This document shows positions 48,546 to 58,928 of a DNA stretch of 64,000 nucleotides, in pieces; position 1 is the stretch's first letter, and each line of letters begins with the position of its first letter. A program made the translations under genes and the position numbers. A model generated the notes under the pieces. That model had not been told where the DNA came from. It worked only from the letters and a program-made list of their open reading frames with translations, and did not search any database. Where the stretch lies: positions 1,679,403 through 1,743,402 of the forward strand of contig OZ245940.1 in assembly GCA_965230045.1 (NCBI GenBank), written 5' to 3'. The DNA comes from Bacteroidales bacterium. Lineage in GTDB: Bacteria; Bacteroidota; Bacteroidia; Bacteroidales; WRLA01.

Positions 48546-50165
48546 TTATTTAATGATGCTGAATTGCCGGGCATCCACCAAAGTATTATTGCAATATAGC
48601 TGTACAATATATGTTCCGGCAGGGTAGGTTCCAAGGCTTAAAGTGTACTTATGAGTGCTTTCTGTAATGATTATCCTGTCCATTAACTGGCCTTTTTGAT
48701 TGAAGATATTCAACTGTTTATCCCCGGGACAATGTTCAAAACTAATGTTTATATGCTCCTTTGCCGGGTTGGGTGCTATTTGTATTTTGTTTTCCGGCTT
48801 TTTGGGCAGCTCGCCCGTGGCTGTGGTAATAATAAAATCCTCCGAATAAAACTCCACAGCCCCGCTGCTGATGCCGCCCGGGCACCAGGGGTCGTAATGG
48901 TTGGTGTCGGTTTGCAGGCTGTCGTATTCCAGATCGGAATTGAGTTTGAAGAGGGCTAAATAATGTAAGGAATCTTCATCGTAATCCATTCCTAAAAACA
49001 GGAACTTATTGTCAGGTGTTTTTGCGGTATAGATAAATGGATTATTCGGGTAATAAACAAGGCTCTTGATTTTTTGTATCTCTCCACTCGTATCTACTTT
49101 AACGGCTAAACTTTGTCTGCTATAATCCAGGTATTCCAGTGTGTCCGGATAGTCATAACCAGGCCACCAAACCGCTGAACAGATAAGCGTTTGGTTGTTT
49201 AGGGGTACAGCATCATAGAATAGTGCCTTGCTATATCCATGCTGTTTAATGGAAATATTATTTGCAATCCTATTGCCATAATAATCATAGATGTAAAGCG
49301 CAGGGCTTGTGCTTATTGAAGTATTTGATTCTCCCAATCCAATCATAATGTTGTTGTCTGGAAATATTACTGAGTTAAACGAACTTCCCATGAAAAATGT
49401 GTCTTGAACCTCAGGTAACCAAGTGTTAATTAATTTGCCTGAATTATCTATAAAACAATAGCACGGTACGGAAACATAACCAATCTGTTCGTTCCCATAC
49501 CATCCATCTCCACAGGCTATTACACCGTTTTCTCCTGTCGCTTCAATTCTTTCAAAGAGAGGATAGAGATACATGGTGTCAATATGTATTCCGGGAATTG
49601 GAGTCCTCCAAAGAATTTCTCCACCTTTTGAATATTTGAATATGGAGTAAGTTGCTGAATCCATGAATGCAGGAACATTATTGTATAATGCATAAATAAA
49701 ACCATTAGGGCTTAGTGTTAAATCTCTACATTGATCGGCATGATTAGGTGTTTGACTGCTTATTGCCCAGATTTTTTCAAATGATGGGCTTAATTTAATC
49801 AATAATGGATTTGGATTTGCTCTAGTGTTTAATTGTTGTGTCATTCCTGACATATAGTATGATCCTGAGCTATCTTGATAGCAATTATCTATAATTGTTG
49901 TAGCCCGAAGGTCATTCTCATCTCTGGTTATTATTTCTTTCACCCAAAGAGTGTTTCCATTAATATCAGTTTTTGAAATAAATGCTCTTTGCAATGAGTT
50001 GCTGTGGTGTTTGTAGGTCATGAGATACCCTCCATCAGGACAAATAGATAGATTTTGTGCCTTTCCATTTTGCATATACAATCTTCGCCAGACGGAATCT
50101 CCCTGAGCGTGAATAAGAGAACTGAGAATAAGTCCAAAAAAGATGAATAGAATGTTCTTTTTCAT
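48546..50165 (-). CDS. T9SS-secreted paralogue C
   Basis: Signal peptide MKKNILFIFFGLILSSLIHAQ. Same architecture as paralogue A but with a different CTD sequence. ATG 50165 is preferred to the track start at 50207. Confidence 0.75.
   Translation of the reverse strand: MKKNILFIFFGLILSSLIHAQGDSVWRRLYMQNGKAQNLSICPDGGYLMTYKHHSNSLQRAFISKTDINGNTLWVKEIITRDENDLRATTIIDNCYQDSSGSYYMSGMTQQLNTRANPNPLLIKLSPSFEKIWAISSQTPNHADQCRDLTLSPNGFIYALYNNVPAFMDSATYSIFKYSKGGEILWRTPIPGIHIDTMYLYPLFERIEATGENGVIACGDGWYGNEQIGYVSVPCYCFIDNSGKLINTWLPEVQDTFFMGSSFNSVIFPDNNIMIGLGESNTSISTSPALYIYDYYGNRIANNISIKQHGYSKALFYDAVPLNNQTLICSAVWWPGYDYPDTLEYLDYSRQSLAVKVDTSGEIQKIKSLVYYPNNPFIYTAKTPDNKFLFLGMDYDEDSLHYLALFKLNSDLEYDSLQTDTNHYDPWCPGGISSGAVEFYSEDFIITTATGELPKKPENKIQIAPNPAKEHINISFEHCPGDKQLNIFNQKGQLMDRIIITESTHKYTLSLGTYPAGTYIVQLYCNNTLVDARQFSIIK
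48763..48950. repeat. 188-bp conserved block, copy in paralogue C
   Basis: See 43262..43449. Confidence 0.85.
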
Positions 50166-50490
50166 AAGGATACTGTATTGGATATATGTTATAATATTGA
50201 ATTCCAAAATAATTTTATCGTAAATTAATCCTTAAACTCTCTTTAATGACAATACTTTTGTTGTTGGTATATTTACTTAGACTCTGGTGGGTTTTTGGGG
50301 TTGCTTATCAAATGATTATATTTGATCGACCGGAAAAATTGTCATAAAAAATTAGTATAAAACCCATAAAACGGCCATAATGTCATAATAATGAGTGTTT
50401 TATATAGCGTCCATGTCCATTTTGTCTTCTTTTTCCTATTGGTTTGCTTTTTGATCTGTGGCCGTATGAAAATTTGAAAGGAGAAGACAA

Positions 50491-53079
50491 ATGAATTTTA
50501 ATCAATTTACAATAAAAGCACAGGAAGTAGTGCAAAAAGCACAGGAAATTGCTGCTGCACACAATCATCAGGCAATCGAAGATTTGCATATCCTCAAAGG
50601 GATTTTGCTGGTCGATGAAAACCTGGTGCCCTATATCATGAAAAAAACCGGGCTGGATCCCCAAATGATCGGCCGCATTGTTGACAGCGAGCTGCAAAAC
50701 CTGCCTGTCGTTAGTGGCGGGCAGCAATATCTTTCCAATGAAGCATCTGCTCTGCTGCAAAAAGCCCTGAAGCTGATGCAGAAAATGCAAGACGAATTTG
50801 TTTCCATTGAGCATTTACTGCTGGCTTTGATCGAGCAAGGTGGAAAGGCCGGGAAAATCCTCAAGGATGCCGGCCTGACCAAAAAAAGTCTGGAAGAGGC
50901 CATTGCCCAGGTGCGCAAAGGTTCGCATGTGGATTCGCAAAATGCCGATGATAATTTTAATGCCCTACGTCGTTATGGCAAAGACCTGAACCAATTGGCT
51001 GCCAATGGCAAGCTCGACCCGGTGATTGGCCGCGATGAAGAAATCCGCAGGCTCTTGCAGATATTGTCGCGCCGTACCAAAAACAACCCGATTTTAATCG
51101 GTGAGCCGGGCGTGGGGAAAACCGCCATCGCCGAAGGGCTGGCACACCGCATCGTAAATGGTGATGTGCCCGATAACCTTAAGTCCAAGCAATTATTTTC
51201 GCTGGATATGGGCGCGCTGGTGGCCGGTGCAAAATACAAAGGCGAATTTGAAGAGCGCCTCAAAAGTGTGGTGAAAGAAGTGGTGGAATCCGATGGGGAA
51301 ATCTTGCTTTTTATCGATGAGATCCATACCCTCGTAGGAGCCGGAAAAGGCGAAGGCGCCATGGATGCAGCCAATATACTGAAACCCGCTTTGGCCCGTG
51401 GCGAATTGCGCGCCATCGGTGCTACTACCCTCAAAGAATACCAAAAGTATTTTGAGAAGGACAAAGCTTTGGAACGCCGTTTCCAGATTGTGATGGTGGA
51501 CGAACCGGATACCCAGTCGGCTATTTCCATCCTTCGTGGATTGAAAGAGCGTTACGAAACCCATCACCATGTGCGCATCCTCGATGAAGCCATCATTTCG
51601 GCAGTGGAGCTGTCGCAGCGATACATCACCGATCGGTTTCTGCCGGATAAGGCCATTGACCTGATCGATGAATCTGCTGCGAAGTTGCGATTGGAAATCA
51701 ACAGCCTGCCCGAGCCGCTCGAAAAAATAGAAAGGCGGATTCGTCAACTTGAAATCGAACGAGAAGCCATCCGTCGCGAAAAGGATAAAAACAAAATGGC
51801 ATTTCTCAACGAAGAAATTGCCAATCTGAATGAAGAGCGCGATCAGCTCCGGGCCAAATGGCAGTCGGAAAAAGAAGTAGTGGAAGGCATCCAGAAGGCA
51901 AAGAAAGATATTGAAGATTTCAAGCTGGAAGCCGAACGTGCCGAACGCGAAGGAAATTATGGCCTGGTGGCCGAAATCCGTTATGGCAAGATCAAGGAAG
52001 CCGGCGAAAGGCTGGAGCTTAACCGTAATAAACTCAAAGAGATGCAAGGCGACAGCCCGATGATCAATGAGGAGGTGAGTTCCGAAGAAATTGCTGAAGT
52101 TGTTTCGCGCTGGACCGGCATACCGGTGAGCCGTATGATGCAAAGCGAACGCGAAAAACTGCTGAAACTGGAGGAAGAACTCCATAAAAGAGTAGTGGGA
52201 CAGGACGAAGCCATTGAAGCGCTTTCCGATGCTATTCGCCGCAGCCGAGCCGGTTTGCAGGATGCAAAAAGGCCGATTGGATCTTTTATCTTCCTGGGAA
52301 CCACAGGAGTGGGCAAGACCGAACTGGCCAAAGCGCTGGCAGAATTCCTCTTCAACGACGAAAATTCAATGGTGCGCATTGATATGTCGGAATATCAGGA
52401 ACGGCATTCTGTTTCGCGATTGATTGGAGCGCCTCCGGGCTATGTGGGCTACGACGAAAGTGGTCAGTTGAGCGAGGCTGTGCGCCGTAAACCTTATTCG
52501 GTGGTACTGCTCGATGAAATTGAAAAAGCGCATCCCGATGTGTTCAATATCTTGCTGCAAGTGCTTGATGATGGCCGCCTGACCGACAACAAAGGCCGGA
52601 ATGTGGATTTTAAAAACACCATCATCATCATGACTTCCAATTTGGGTTCGCAATTGATTCAGGAAAAACTAAGCAATGGCTCAGAGGCCAATGAAGCGCT
52701 CTTTGATGAAACCCGGGAGGCATTGTTTGCTTTGTTGAAGCAGAGCATACGTCCCGAATTTTTGAACCGGATTGATGAGGTGATCATGTTCCGCCCGCTT
52801 AGCCGCGAAGAAATTGGTGGTGTTGTGCGCCTGCAGATGAAGCTTCTGGCAAAAATGCTGGAAAAAAACAACATCAAAGTAGAAGTGAGCGATGCAGCCG
52901 TGGAATGGATTGCCAAAAACGGATTTGATCCGCAATTTGGCGCCCGTCCGGTGAAACGATTTATCCAGCGCAAAATCCTCAATGAACTATCAAAGATGAT
53001 CCTCGCCGGTAAAATCCAGGCAGAATCTGAAATCATGGTGGATATGGAAGGAGAGAACCTGGTATTCAGGAATGAATAG
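50491..53079 (+). CDS. clpB: ATP-dependent chaperone ClpB
   Basis: 862 aa. Two Walker A motifs ([16 protein letters not shown]) and a middle coiled-coil domain. Confidence 0.97.
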   Translation: MNFNQFTIKAQEVVQKAQEIAAAHNHQAIEDLHILKGILLVDENLVPYIMKKTGLDPQMIGRIVDSELQNLPVVSGGQQYLSNEASALLQKALKLMQKMQDEFVSIEHLLLALIEQGGKAGKILKDAGLTKKSLEEAIAQVRKGSHVDSQNADDNFNALRRYGKDLNQLAANGKLDPVIGRDEEIRRLLQILSRRTKNNPILIGEPGVGKTAIAEGLAHRIVNGDVPDNLKSKQLFSLDMGALVAGAKYKGEFEERLKSVVKEVVESDGEILLFIDEIHTLVGAGKGEGAMDAANILKPALARGELRAIGATTLKEYQKYFEKDKALERRFQIVMVDEPDTQSAISILRGLKERYETHHHVRILDEAIISAVELSQRYITDRFLPDKAIDLIDESAAKLRLEINSLPEPLEKIERRIRQLEIEREAIRREKDKNKMAFLNEEIANLNEERDQLRAKWQSEKEVVEGIQKAKKDIEDFKLEAERAEREGNYGLVAEIRYGKIKEAGERLELNRNKLKEMQGDSPMINEEVSSEEIAEVVSRWTGIPVSRMMQSEREKLLKLEEELHKRVVGQDEAIEALSDAIRRSRAGLQDAKRPIGSFIFLGTTGVGKTELAKALAEFLFNDENSMVRIDMSEYQERHSVSRLIGAPPGYVGYDESGQLSEAVRRKPYSVVLLDEIEKAHPDVFNILLQVLDDGRLTDNKGRNVDFKNTIIIMTSNLGSQLIQEKLSNGSEANEALFDETREALFALLKQSIRPEFLNRIDEVIMFRPLSREEIGGVVRLQMKLLAKMLEKNNIKVEVSDAAVEWIAKNGFDPQFGARPVKRFIQRKILNELSKMILAGKIQAESEIMVDMEGENLVFRNE

Positions 53080-53127
53080 TAATGCAAAAGCAGGTGGCAC
53101 AATTTGGCCCAGTCACTGTACTATTTA

Positions 53128-53247
53128 GTTTCTGTCTATAAAGTCCGCTAACTTCGTTACGCTTGCCCGAAAAATGCTCATTTACCCCAGTAAACTCTGC
53201 TTTTTCGGGCTGCGCAAGCCTCGTTATCGACCTTTCTAGCTCAGAAA
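53128..53247. repeat. Palindromic intergenic module (120 bp), related to the types at 40.2 and 56.2 kb
   Basis: Termini GTTTCTGTCTATAAAGTCC ... CCTTTCTAGCTCAGAAAC. Internal stem GCCCGAAAAA / TTTTTCGGGC. Confidence 0.7.
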
Positions 53248-53285
53248 CCCGACTCTATGGATAAGCACTATTGAATCAATAACAT

Positions 53286-53336
53286 CAGAAAAGATGGTCG
53301 CTGAGGCACTCGAAGCGCATCTTTTCTGATTTTTTT
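53286..53336 (+). terminator. Rho-independent terminator, probable end of the clpB transcript
   Basis: 11-bp stem CAGAAAAGATG / CATCTTTTCTG followed by ATTTTTTT. Overlaps the stop of the convergent methyltransferase gene. Confidence 0.7.
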
Positions 53337-54096
53337 ACATAAACCGCTCCAATCGAGCCAACTGCTCCTCAGGTACAAACAAAAGATCATCCGAAATCTC
53401 ATCCTTTTGGGTTTTATCCAAAGGGGTGAGTTTGCTTTTAAAAAGCGAATACGGCTCATAACCTGCAGCCGCCAGCTCCTTTCTGATTTTGATGAGATTA
53501 TCGCCGCTGGTTTCCAGCTGGATCAAGGGTTTGTGCTGTTTTATGAAATCCATCATCAATGGAATAATATGAATTTCAAAACCTTCCACGTCCATTTTAA
53601 TATAATTGCAATGCCTGATTTTTGCAAAAAGTTTTGCCGGATGGCGCATTTCTGCCGTAAAACTATGGTCTGCAGCGGTGTTTTCTTCCATCACACGGGT
53701 AAGGCCATGCCGGAAATGCGGGCTGCCTGCCGGGATGCCCATCCGGATTTTTTTCCCGTCATCCTCACCCAGTGCAAAAGGCATAATCTGAATATTTTTG
53801 TATTTCCGGGTGTTGCATTTCAGGATATCGCGAAAAAGCAAAACAGGCTCCACACTGATGACACTACCGCCTTTTCCACTGTAGCGCGCAAAAAGCTTTG
53901 AGTAGTAGCCCACATTGGCGCCAATATCGATAATGGTATCGCCGGGGCGGATCAGGTTTTTCACAAAATAATGAAAATCAAAAGCACGTTTGCGGCGCAG
54001 CAATCCGCTGTCGAGCGAAATAAAAAATGCTTTGCTGACCAGTTTGAGGTACGTTTTAACACCGAGTATGGAAAAGAGGGCTTTCTTAACAATCAT
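53335..54096 (-). CDS. FkbM family methyltransferase
   Basis: SAM-binding motif IIDIGANVGYYS. 253 aa. Confidence 0.8.
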   Translation of the reverse strand: MIVKKALFSILGVKTYLKLVSKAFFISLDSGLLRRKRAFDFHYFVKNLIRPGDTIIDIGANVGYYSKLFARYSGKGGSVISVEPVLLFRDILKCNTRKYKNIQIMPFALGEDDGKKIRMGIPAGSPHFRHGLTRVMEENTAADHSFTAEMRHPAKLFAKIRHCNYIKMDVEGFEIHIIPLMMDFIKQHKPLIQLETSGDNLIKIRKELAAAGYEPYSLFKSKLTPLDKTQKDEISDDLLFVPEEQLARLERFM

Positions 54097-54258
54097 ATCA
54101 AATTACTTTGCCGCAAAAGTAATCAAAAGCAGAAAAGGGAAATCATTGGCCTGCTTTTTCTATTTTTGTAACGCTTTGGTGAAAATACTTTTCATGGGCT
54201 TTAAACGTTTTGACTTTGAATGGCTCAAATTCATCACCGATTAGCTAAAAATCAGATT

Positions 54259-56241
54259 ATGTCGAAATGCATACGTAAATACACTCTTCTGCTATTTTTG
54301 TTGATATTCAGTAAAATGGCTTTCTCGCAGGTCAATTATGAATATTTTCTTGCAGTGGGAAGGCACTCCCTTTTTGAGGGCCGTTATACCGAAGCCATCA
54401 GTTTTTTAAATACCGCCATCCGTGTGAAGCCACAGCTTTATGAAGCCTGGCTCTTTCGGGGGATTGCAAAATATAATCTGGGTGATTATCAGGGCGCGGC
54501 TGACGATTTTGGGAAATCCCTGGAAATCCATCCGCTCTACGTTCATGCTTTTCATTATCGCGCTATTGCGCATAATAAACTGAACCAGTACCAAAAAGCC
54601 CTGCAGGATTATGAGCGGGCAGCCGAGATCGACCCGCTGAACGCAAATATCTACATCAACCGTGGTGTGACCAAACTTTCATTGCACGATTATAAAGGCG
54701 CTTTGACCGATTATAACCTGGCTTTGCAGCTCGAGCCTGATAATTACACGGCTTATATGAACCGCTGTGTGGTGAAGGGCATCATCAAAAACTACCAAAG
54801 TGCCATCGAAGACTGTAGTAAAGCAATCCGTCTCAACCATTTTTACTATGATGCCTTCCTGCGCCGTGGGATGATCCGCTATGATATGGAGCAGTACGAT
54901 CTGGCCATCGAAGATTACAATTATGCCTTACGGATCAATAAAGATGATCCGGTGGTCTTTTTTAACCGGGCTCTGGCGCGTTTGAAGCAGGGCGATACAC
55001 TTTCCGCTTTGAGCGATTATGGAACGGTGCTGGATTTTGATCCCTACAATGCCCTGACCTATTACAACCGCGCCATCTTGTTTTCCAGTATGAAGCGTTT
55101 TGACCTGGCGTTATCCGATTATGCCAGTGTGCTGAAAATCAATCCCGAAAATATTTATGCGCTCTACAACCGGGGCTGTGTGCTTTTTGAAGAAGACCGT
55201 TATTACGAAGCTGCCGCAGATTTCAGCAAGGCCATCGACCTTTTTCCTGATTTTGCCAATGCCTGGATGAACCGTTCATCATGCAAAAGCCATATGAACG
55301 ATGCTTACGGAGCGCGAGAGGATTATAACAAAGCCATGGAAATCATGCAAAAACAAGGCGACAATCCCGATAGTGCTTATCTTGCTGTGGCCGATTCGGC
55401 CCATTTGCGCAGGATTATCGAATTTGAATCAGATTTCCAGAATGCCAATCTGGTGGATGGCCGCGTGCAGTATCAGCGCATATATATCGACCTGAAACCA
55501 AACTATCAGATTACTTTTTTCCTGACGGATAAAGATTATGTGGAAAGCAAACGCAATGAATACTGGGATAAAAGTTTCTCCGATTTCAATAAAAGCAATA
55601 AGCTGAAAATGAGTTTTGGAATTACCAATGAGCGCATGCACCACAGTATTGATCAGGTGATTTCCAGCATTGATGATATGTCGGAACTGCCACGCGATGC
55701 TGCCCACTCGCCCGAAGCCGCCCTTTTTGAAGGTGTGCTCAACGGCATCATTCAGAATTATAATACCGCTTTGCTGGCCTACGATACCGCCATTGCCCGC
55801 GATACCGCATTTGCTTTTGCCTGGTTTAACCGGGCCAATACGCGCTATGAACTGCAGGAGTATATCATTGAGCAGGAACGCAAAGAGCGGATTTCGATCG
55901 GTACGCCTGTGGGCGATGAGGATGAAGCCGAAAAGCGTGCACTCGATTATGAAAAAATCCTTTCTGATCTCGATAAAGTGCTCAGTCTGGAGCCTGAATT
56001 TGCGCCCGCATGGTTTAACCGCGGAAATATCTATGCGCGCAAAAGAAATTATGAAACAGCCATCAATGATTTTTCTAAAGCCATTGAGCTGGAACCAAAT
56101 TTTGGCGATGCCTATTTTAACCGTGGCCTGACCCGGATTTTTATGGGCGAAAAAGAAAAGGGCTGCAACGATTTGAGCAAAAGCGGTGAGTTGGGTGTTT
56201 CGGATGCATATAGTGTGATTAAACGCCATTGCACGAAATAG
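54259..56241 (+). CDS. Tetratricopeptide-repeat protein with signal peptide
   Basis: Many TPR units (..A..Y.RG.....G.Y..A..D...AL.L.P..) . Met14 (54259) gives the signal peptide MSKCIRKYTLLLFLLIFSKMAFSQ. Confidence 0.85.
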   Translation: MSKCIRKYTLLLFLLIFSKMAFSQVNYEYFLAVGRHSLFEGRYTEAISFLNTAIRVKPQLYEAWLFRGIAKYNLGDYQGAADDFGKSLEIHPLYVHAFHYRAIAHNKLNQYQKALQDYERAAEIDPLNANIYINRGVTKLSLHDYKGALTDYNLALQLEPDNYTAYMNRCVVKGIIKNYQSAIEDCSKAIRLNHFYYDAFLRRGMIRYDMEQYDLAIEDYNYALRINKDDPVVFFNRALARLKQGDTLSALSDYGTVLDFDPYNALTYYNRAILFSSMKRFDLALSDYASVLKINPENIYALYNRGCVLFEEDRYYEAAADFSKAIDLFPDFANAWMNRSSCKSHMNDAYGAREDYNKAMEIMQKQGDNPDSAYLAVADSAHLRRIIEFESDFQNANLVDGRVQYQRIYIDLKPNYQITFFLTDKDYVESKRNEYWDKSFSDFNKSNKLKMSFGITNERMHHSIDQVISSIDDMSELPRDAAHSPEAALFEGVLNGIIQNYNTALLAYDTAIARDTAFAFAWFNRANTRYELQEYIIEQERKERISIGTPVGDEDEAEKRALDYEKILSDLDKVLSLEPEFAPAWFNRGNIYARKRNYETAINDFSKAIELEPNFGDAYFNRGLTRIFMGEKEKGCNDLSKSGELGVSDAYSVIKRHCTK

Positions 56242-56363
56242 AGTTCGTCTATAAAGTCCAACTTCTGCGTTGTTGCTCAAAATCTAAATCCTCATCCCGT
56301 AACTACGGGACTGCGGTTTAGATTTTTCACACGCCTTGAATTTGAACTTTATAGAGCAAACTC
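56241..56363. repeat. Palindromic intergenic module, type A (123 bp), inverted relative to 40244..40364
   Basis: Starts at the last base of the TPR gene's stop codon. The central stem AAATCTAAA / TTTAGATTT differs from AAATCCAAA / TTTGGATTT in the other copy by a compensatory pair. Confidence 0.8.
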
Positions 56364-56389
56364 TCGAGTTTATAGGCAAGGACGAAATA

Positions 56390-56533
56390 GTTTCTGTCCA
56401 TAATGCCCGATCTCAGCGTTACTTTGGTATGGAAACCAGTCATCCCGTAGAGACGGGACTCCTTGTTTCCAGCAAAAGAAATGCCTCGACCTCGAACATT
56501 CTGAACCAGAAACACGAGTTTATGGACAAGGAC
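56390..56533. repeat. Palindromic intergenic module, type B, uninterrupted (144 bp)
   Basis: Its reverse complement aligns with 40371-40441 plus 40794-40903. It serves as an empty-site reference for the MITE insertion. Confidence 0.75.
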
Positions 56534-56670
56534 GCTACAGGCAGGGTGTCTGGAACCCGAACATGCTGGATAAAAAATTTAATCCAGAATAAAATGAATG
56601 TTTTCCTGTTGGAAATGACATTCCAAAAAAAATTGATTCACCGGATGCGTTCCGGCTTTAAAAATGAAAT

Positions 56671-58305
56671 ATGATTAGAATTGAAGAAATAAATCTCTTT
56701 GTAGGACAAAACAGGGAGCTTTTGATAGATCGGATATGTAAGATCTTTTCCCTTGAACCAGAGGATATCACGGAAGTGCAAATCGTAAAAAAGGCAGTGG
56801 ATTCCAGGAATAAAAAGCGGATTTTGTTGGTTTATTCGCTTGATGTTTCATTGGTTGATGATGATCAAGTCCTTGAAAAATGGAATGCGAAGGCGGAGAA
56901 GGATGAGGATTTTGCTAAAGTGATGCAACGCCACCGTGTGCGCAAAGCAGATGTTTTTCATTTTCAGATTTTAGTGCCCGACCGCAAACCGGAACACCGG
57001 CCTGTGATTGTGGGCAGCGGTCCTGCGGGATTGTTTGCAGCGCTTTATCTGGCCAAAGCCGGATTGCGTCCCGTCATTCTTGAACGCGGAAAAAAAGTGG
57101 AAGAACGTGGGGATGATGTGGAAGGATTTTTCCGTGGCGGTGAGCTGGATACAGAGTCCAATATCCAGTTTGGCGAAGGCGGCGCAGGAACCTTTAGTGA
57201 TGGCAAACTCTATACGCTCATCAATGATCCGCGCACAGATTATATTTTTCGGGAATTCCATGCGGCAGGAGCTCCGGCAGAAATTCTCTATGATGCCAAA
57301 CCGCATATCGGGACGGACATCCTGCGGAAGGTGGTGAAAAATATGCGCGACAAAATTATTTCCCTGGGCGGCGAATTCCGTTTTCAAAGCCAGATGACAG
57401 ATATCCGCATCAAAGACGGACAGGTAAATTCGGTTCTGATCGGTCGTGAGGAAGAAATTCCGGCCAATATCCTGATCGCTGCGGTAGGACATTCAGCACG
57501 CGATACCTTTGAGCTTTTCCATCAAAAGGGCATCGAAATGCAGTCCAAAACATTTTCGATTGGTGTGCGTATCGAGCATGAACGGGAATTTATCGATCAA
57601 TCGCAATACGACCGTTTTGCCGGACATCCCGATTTGCCCACAGCACGTTACAAACTCAGTCACCGTTTGAAAAACGGGCGCGGGGTTTATACCTTTTGCA
57701 TGTGCCCGGGAGGTTTCGTTGTAGCTGCCGCCAGCGAAAAGCATCATGTGGTAACCAATGGCATGAGTTATTACGCTCAGGACAATTTCAATTCCAATGC
57801 CGCCATCCTGGTCAATGTGCGTCCCGGCGATTTCGGTTCCAACCATCCGCTGGCAGGCGTTAACTTCCAGCGCAAATGGGAGTCCAAAGCCTATTCGCTT
57901 GCACGGGGACATTATCGCGCCCCGGTGCAGAAAGTAGGCGATTTTATGAAAGACAAAGTTTCCAAAGGATTTGGCGCTGTAAAACCGACCTATCGCCCGG
58001 GAACGTTTTTCGTAAACCTCAAAGACTGCCTGCCGCCTTATGTGACCAATGGCATAAAATCGGGCTTGAAAGCATTCGATCGTAAAATTCCCGGATTTGC
58101 ACAGGGCGATGCGCTGCTGACCGGCATTGAAAGCCGCTCGAGCAGCCCGCTGCGCATATTACGCGACGATCATTGCGAATCTTCTGTAAAAGGCTTTTTT
58201 CCTGCCGGGGAAGGTGCGGGATATGCCGGAGGAATCGTTTCATCAGCTATTGATGGTTTGCACGTTGCCGAAGCCGTGGTGCAGAAAGTGCAGGAGGGAG
58301 TGTAA
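56671..58305 (+). CDS. FAD-dependent protein (uncharacterised NAD(P)/FAD oxidoreductase family)
   Basis: Dinucleotide motif VIVGSGPAGLFAALYLAKAG. 544 aa. Confidence 0.85.
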   Translation: MIRIEEINLFVGQNRELLIDRICKIFSLEPEDITEVQIVKKAVDSRNKKRILLVYSLDVSLVDDDQVLEKWNAKAEKDEDFAKVMQRHRVRKADVFHFQILVPDRKPEHRPVIVGSGPAGLFAALYLAKAGLRPVILERGKKVEERGDDVEGFFRGGELDTESNIQFGEGGAGTFSDGKLYTLINDPRTDYIFREFHAAGAPAEILYDAKPHIGTDILRKVVKNMRDKIISLGGEFRFQSQMTDIRIKDGQVNSVLIGREEEIPANILIAAVGHSARDTFELFHQKGIEMQSKTFSIGVRIEHEREFIDQSQYDRFAGHPDLPTARYKLSHRLKNGRGVYTFCMCPGGFVVAAASEKHHVVTNGMSYYAQDNFNSNAAILVNVRPGDFGSNHPLAGVNFQRKWESKAYSLARGHYRAPVQKVGDFMKDKVSKGFGAVKPTYRPGTFFVNLKDCLPPYVTNGIKSGLKAFDRKIPGFAQGDALLTGIESRSSSPLRILRDDHCESSVKGFFPAGEGAGYAGGIVSSAIDGLHVAEAVVQKVQEGV

Positions 58306-58309
58306 GCCT
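58264..58309 (+). repeat. 46-bp direct repeat, left copy (putative attL core)
   Basis: GTTGCCGAAGCCGTGGTGCAGAAAGTGCAGGAGGGAGTGTAAGCCT is identical to 63752..63797. It covers the last 13 codons and stop of the FAD-dependent gene. Confidence 0.9.
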
Positions 58310-58469
58310 ATTTTTAAAGAGTGTAAAACCGGGCATGTACATCCTGCAAACCGAAAAGGAAGTATTGGATGTTGTTTCTGCTTTTCGGGCATAATGACTT
58401 TAAGGTTTGGTTTTGGGTGGTTTTCGTTCTCATTATTCCTGATTTATTCAGAGGGAGTATTTGTTTTTA

Positions 58470-58928
58470 CTAATCAATGGATAGGCTGTCAATTACTGCA
58501 ATAATGTCTTTCAAATCACGGTCTTTCCATTGATTAATTCTACTTTCCATTATTTCTGCAATATATTTATCTTGGTTTTTAAAAACCAATGTGTTTTTCG
58601 CAGATAAATGACCAACTCTTTGTTTGTAGTACTCATATTTAAGCAAATAATACGGAATAGAAGCTGAACGTTTCCAGAAGATATATCTATAATAGAATAT
58701 AGTGCATAACTGCTTATTGTCTGAAAATATAACTTTATAAACCACTCTGCCTTTGTTGCGACTTATCACTAATATGATAACAAAAAGAACAACTAACTGA
58801 ATACCTATCCAATGCGTATAAAAAAATGAAGCTCCTTTAGCAATAAAAACAAAATTTACGATTGGCAAGTAGTTCAATTCTGAGTTGTACTTACTGTACC
58901 AATAAAATTTTTTTTCGAATATCTTCAT
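58470..58928 (-). CDS. Hypothetical membrane protein (2 TM plus ~90-aa soluble domain)
   Basis: 152 aa with ATG start. AT-rich coding sequence inside the islet. No recognisable motif. Confidence 0.5.
   Translation of the reverse strand: MKIFEKKFYWYSKYNSELNYLPIVNFVFIAKGASFFYTHWIGIQLVVLFVIILVISRNKGRVVYKVIFSDNKQLCTIFYYRYIFWKRSASIPYYLLKYEYYKQRVGHLSAKNTLVFKNQDKYIAEIMESRINQWKDRDLKDIIAVIDSLSID

Noticed and set aside
43262-48950. Diversity-generating retroelement (template/variable repeat) as an explanation for the 188-bp repeats.
   Set aside because: No reverse transcriptase is present in the window. The few mismatches between copies are not adenine-specific. The repeats are the conserved part of the proteins, not the variable part.
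50330-50490. Possible heat-shock operator upstream of clpB: the direct repeats ATTGTCATAAAAAATTAG and AATGTCATAATAATGAG, plus an unusual AGGAG just before the ATG.
   Set aside because: The repeats are short, AT-rich and imperfect. There is no CIRCE-like inverted repeat, and I cannot distinguish them from chance without comparative data.
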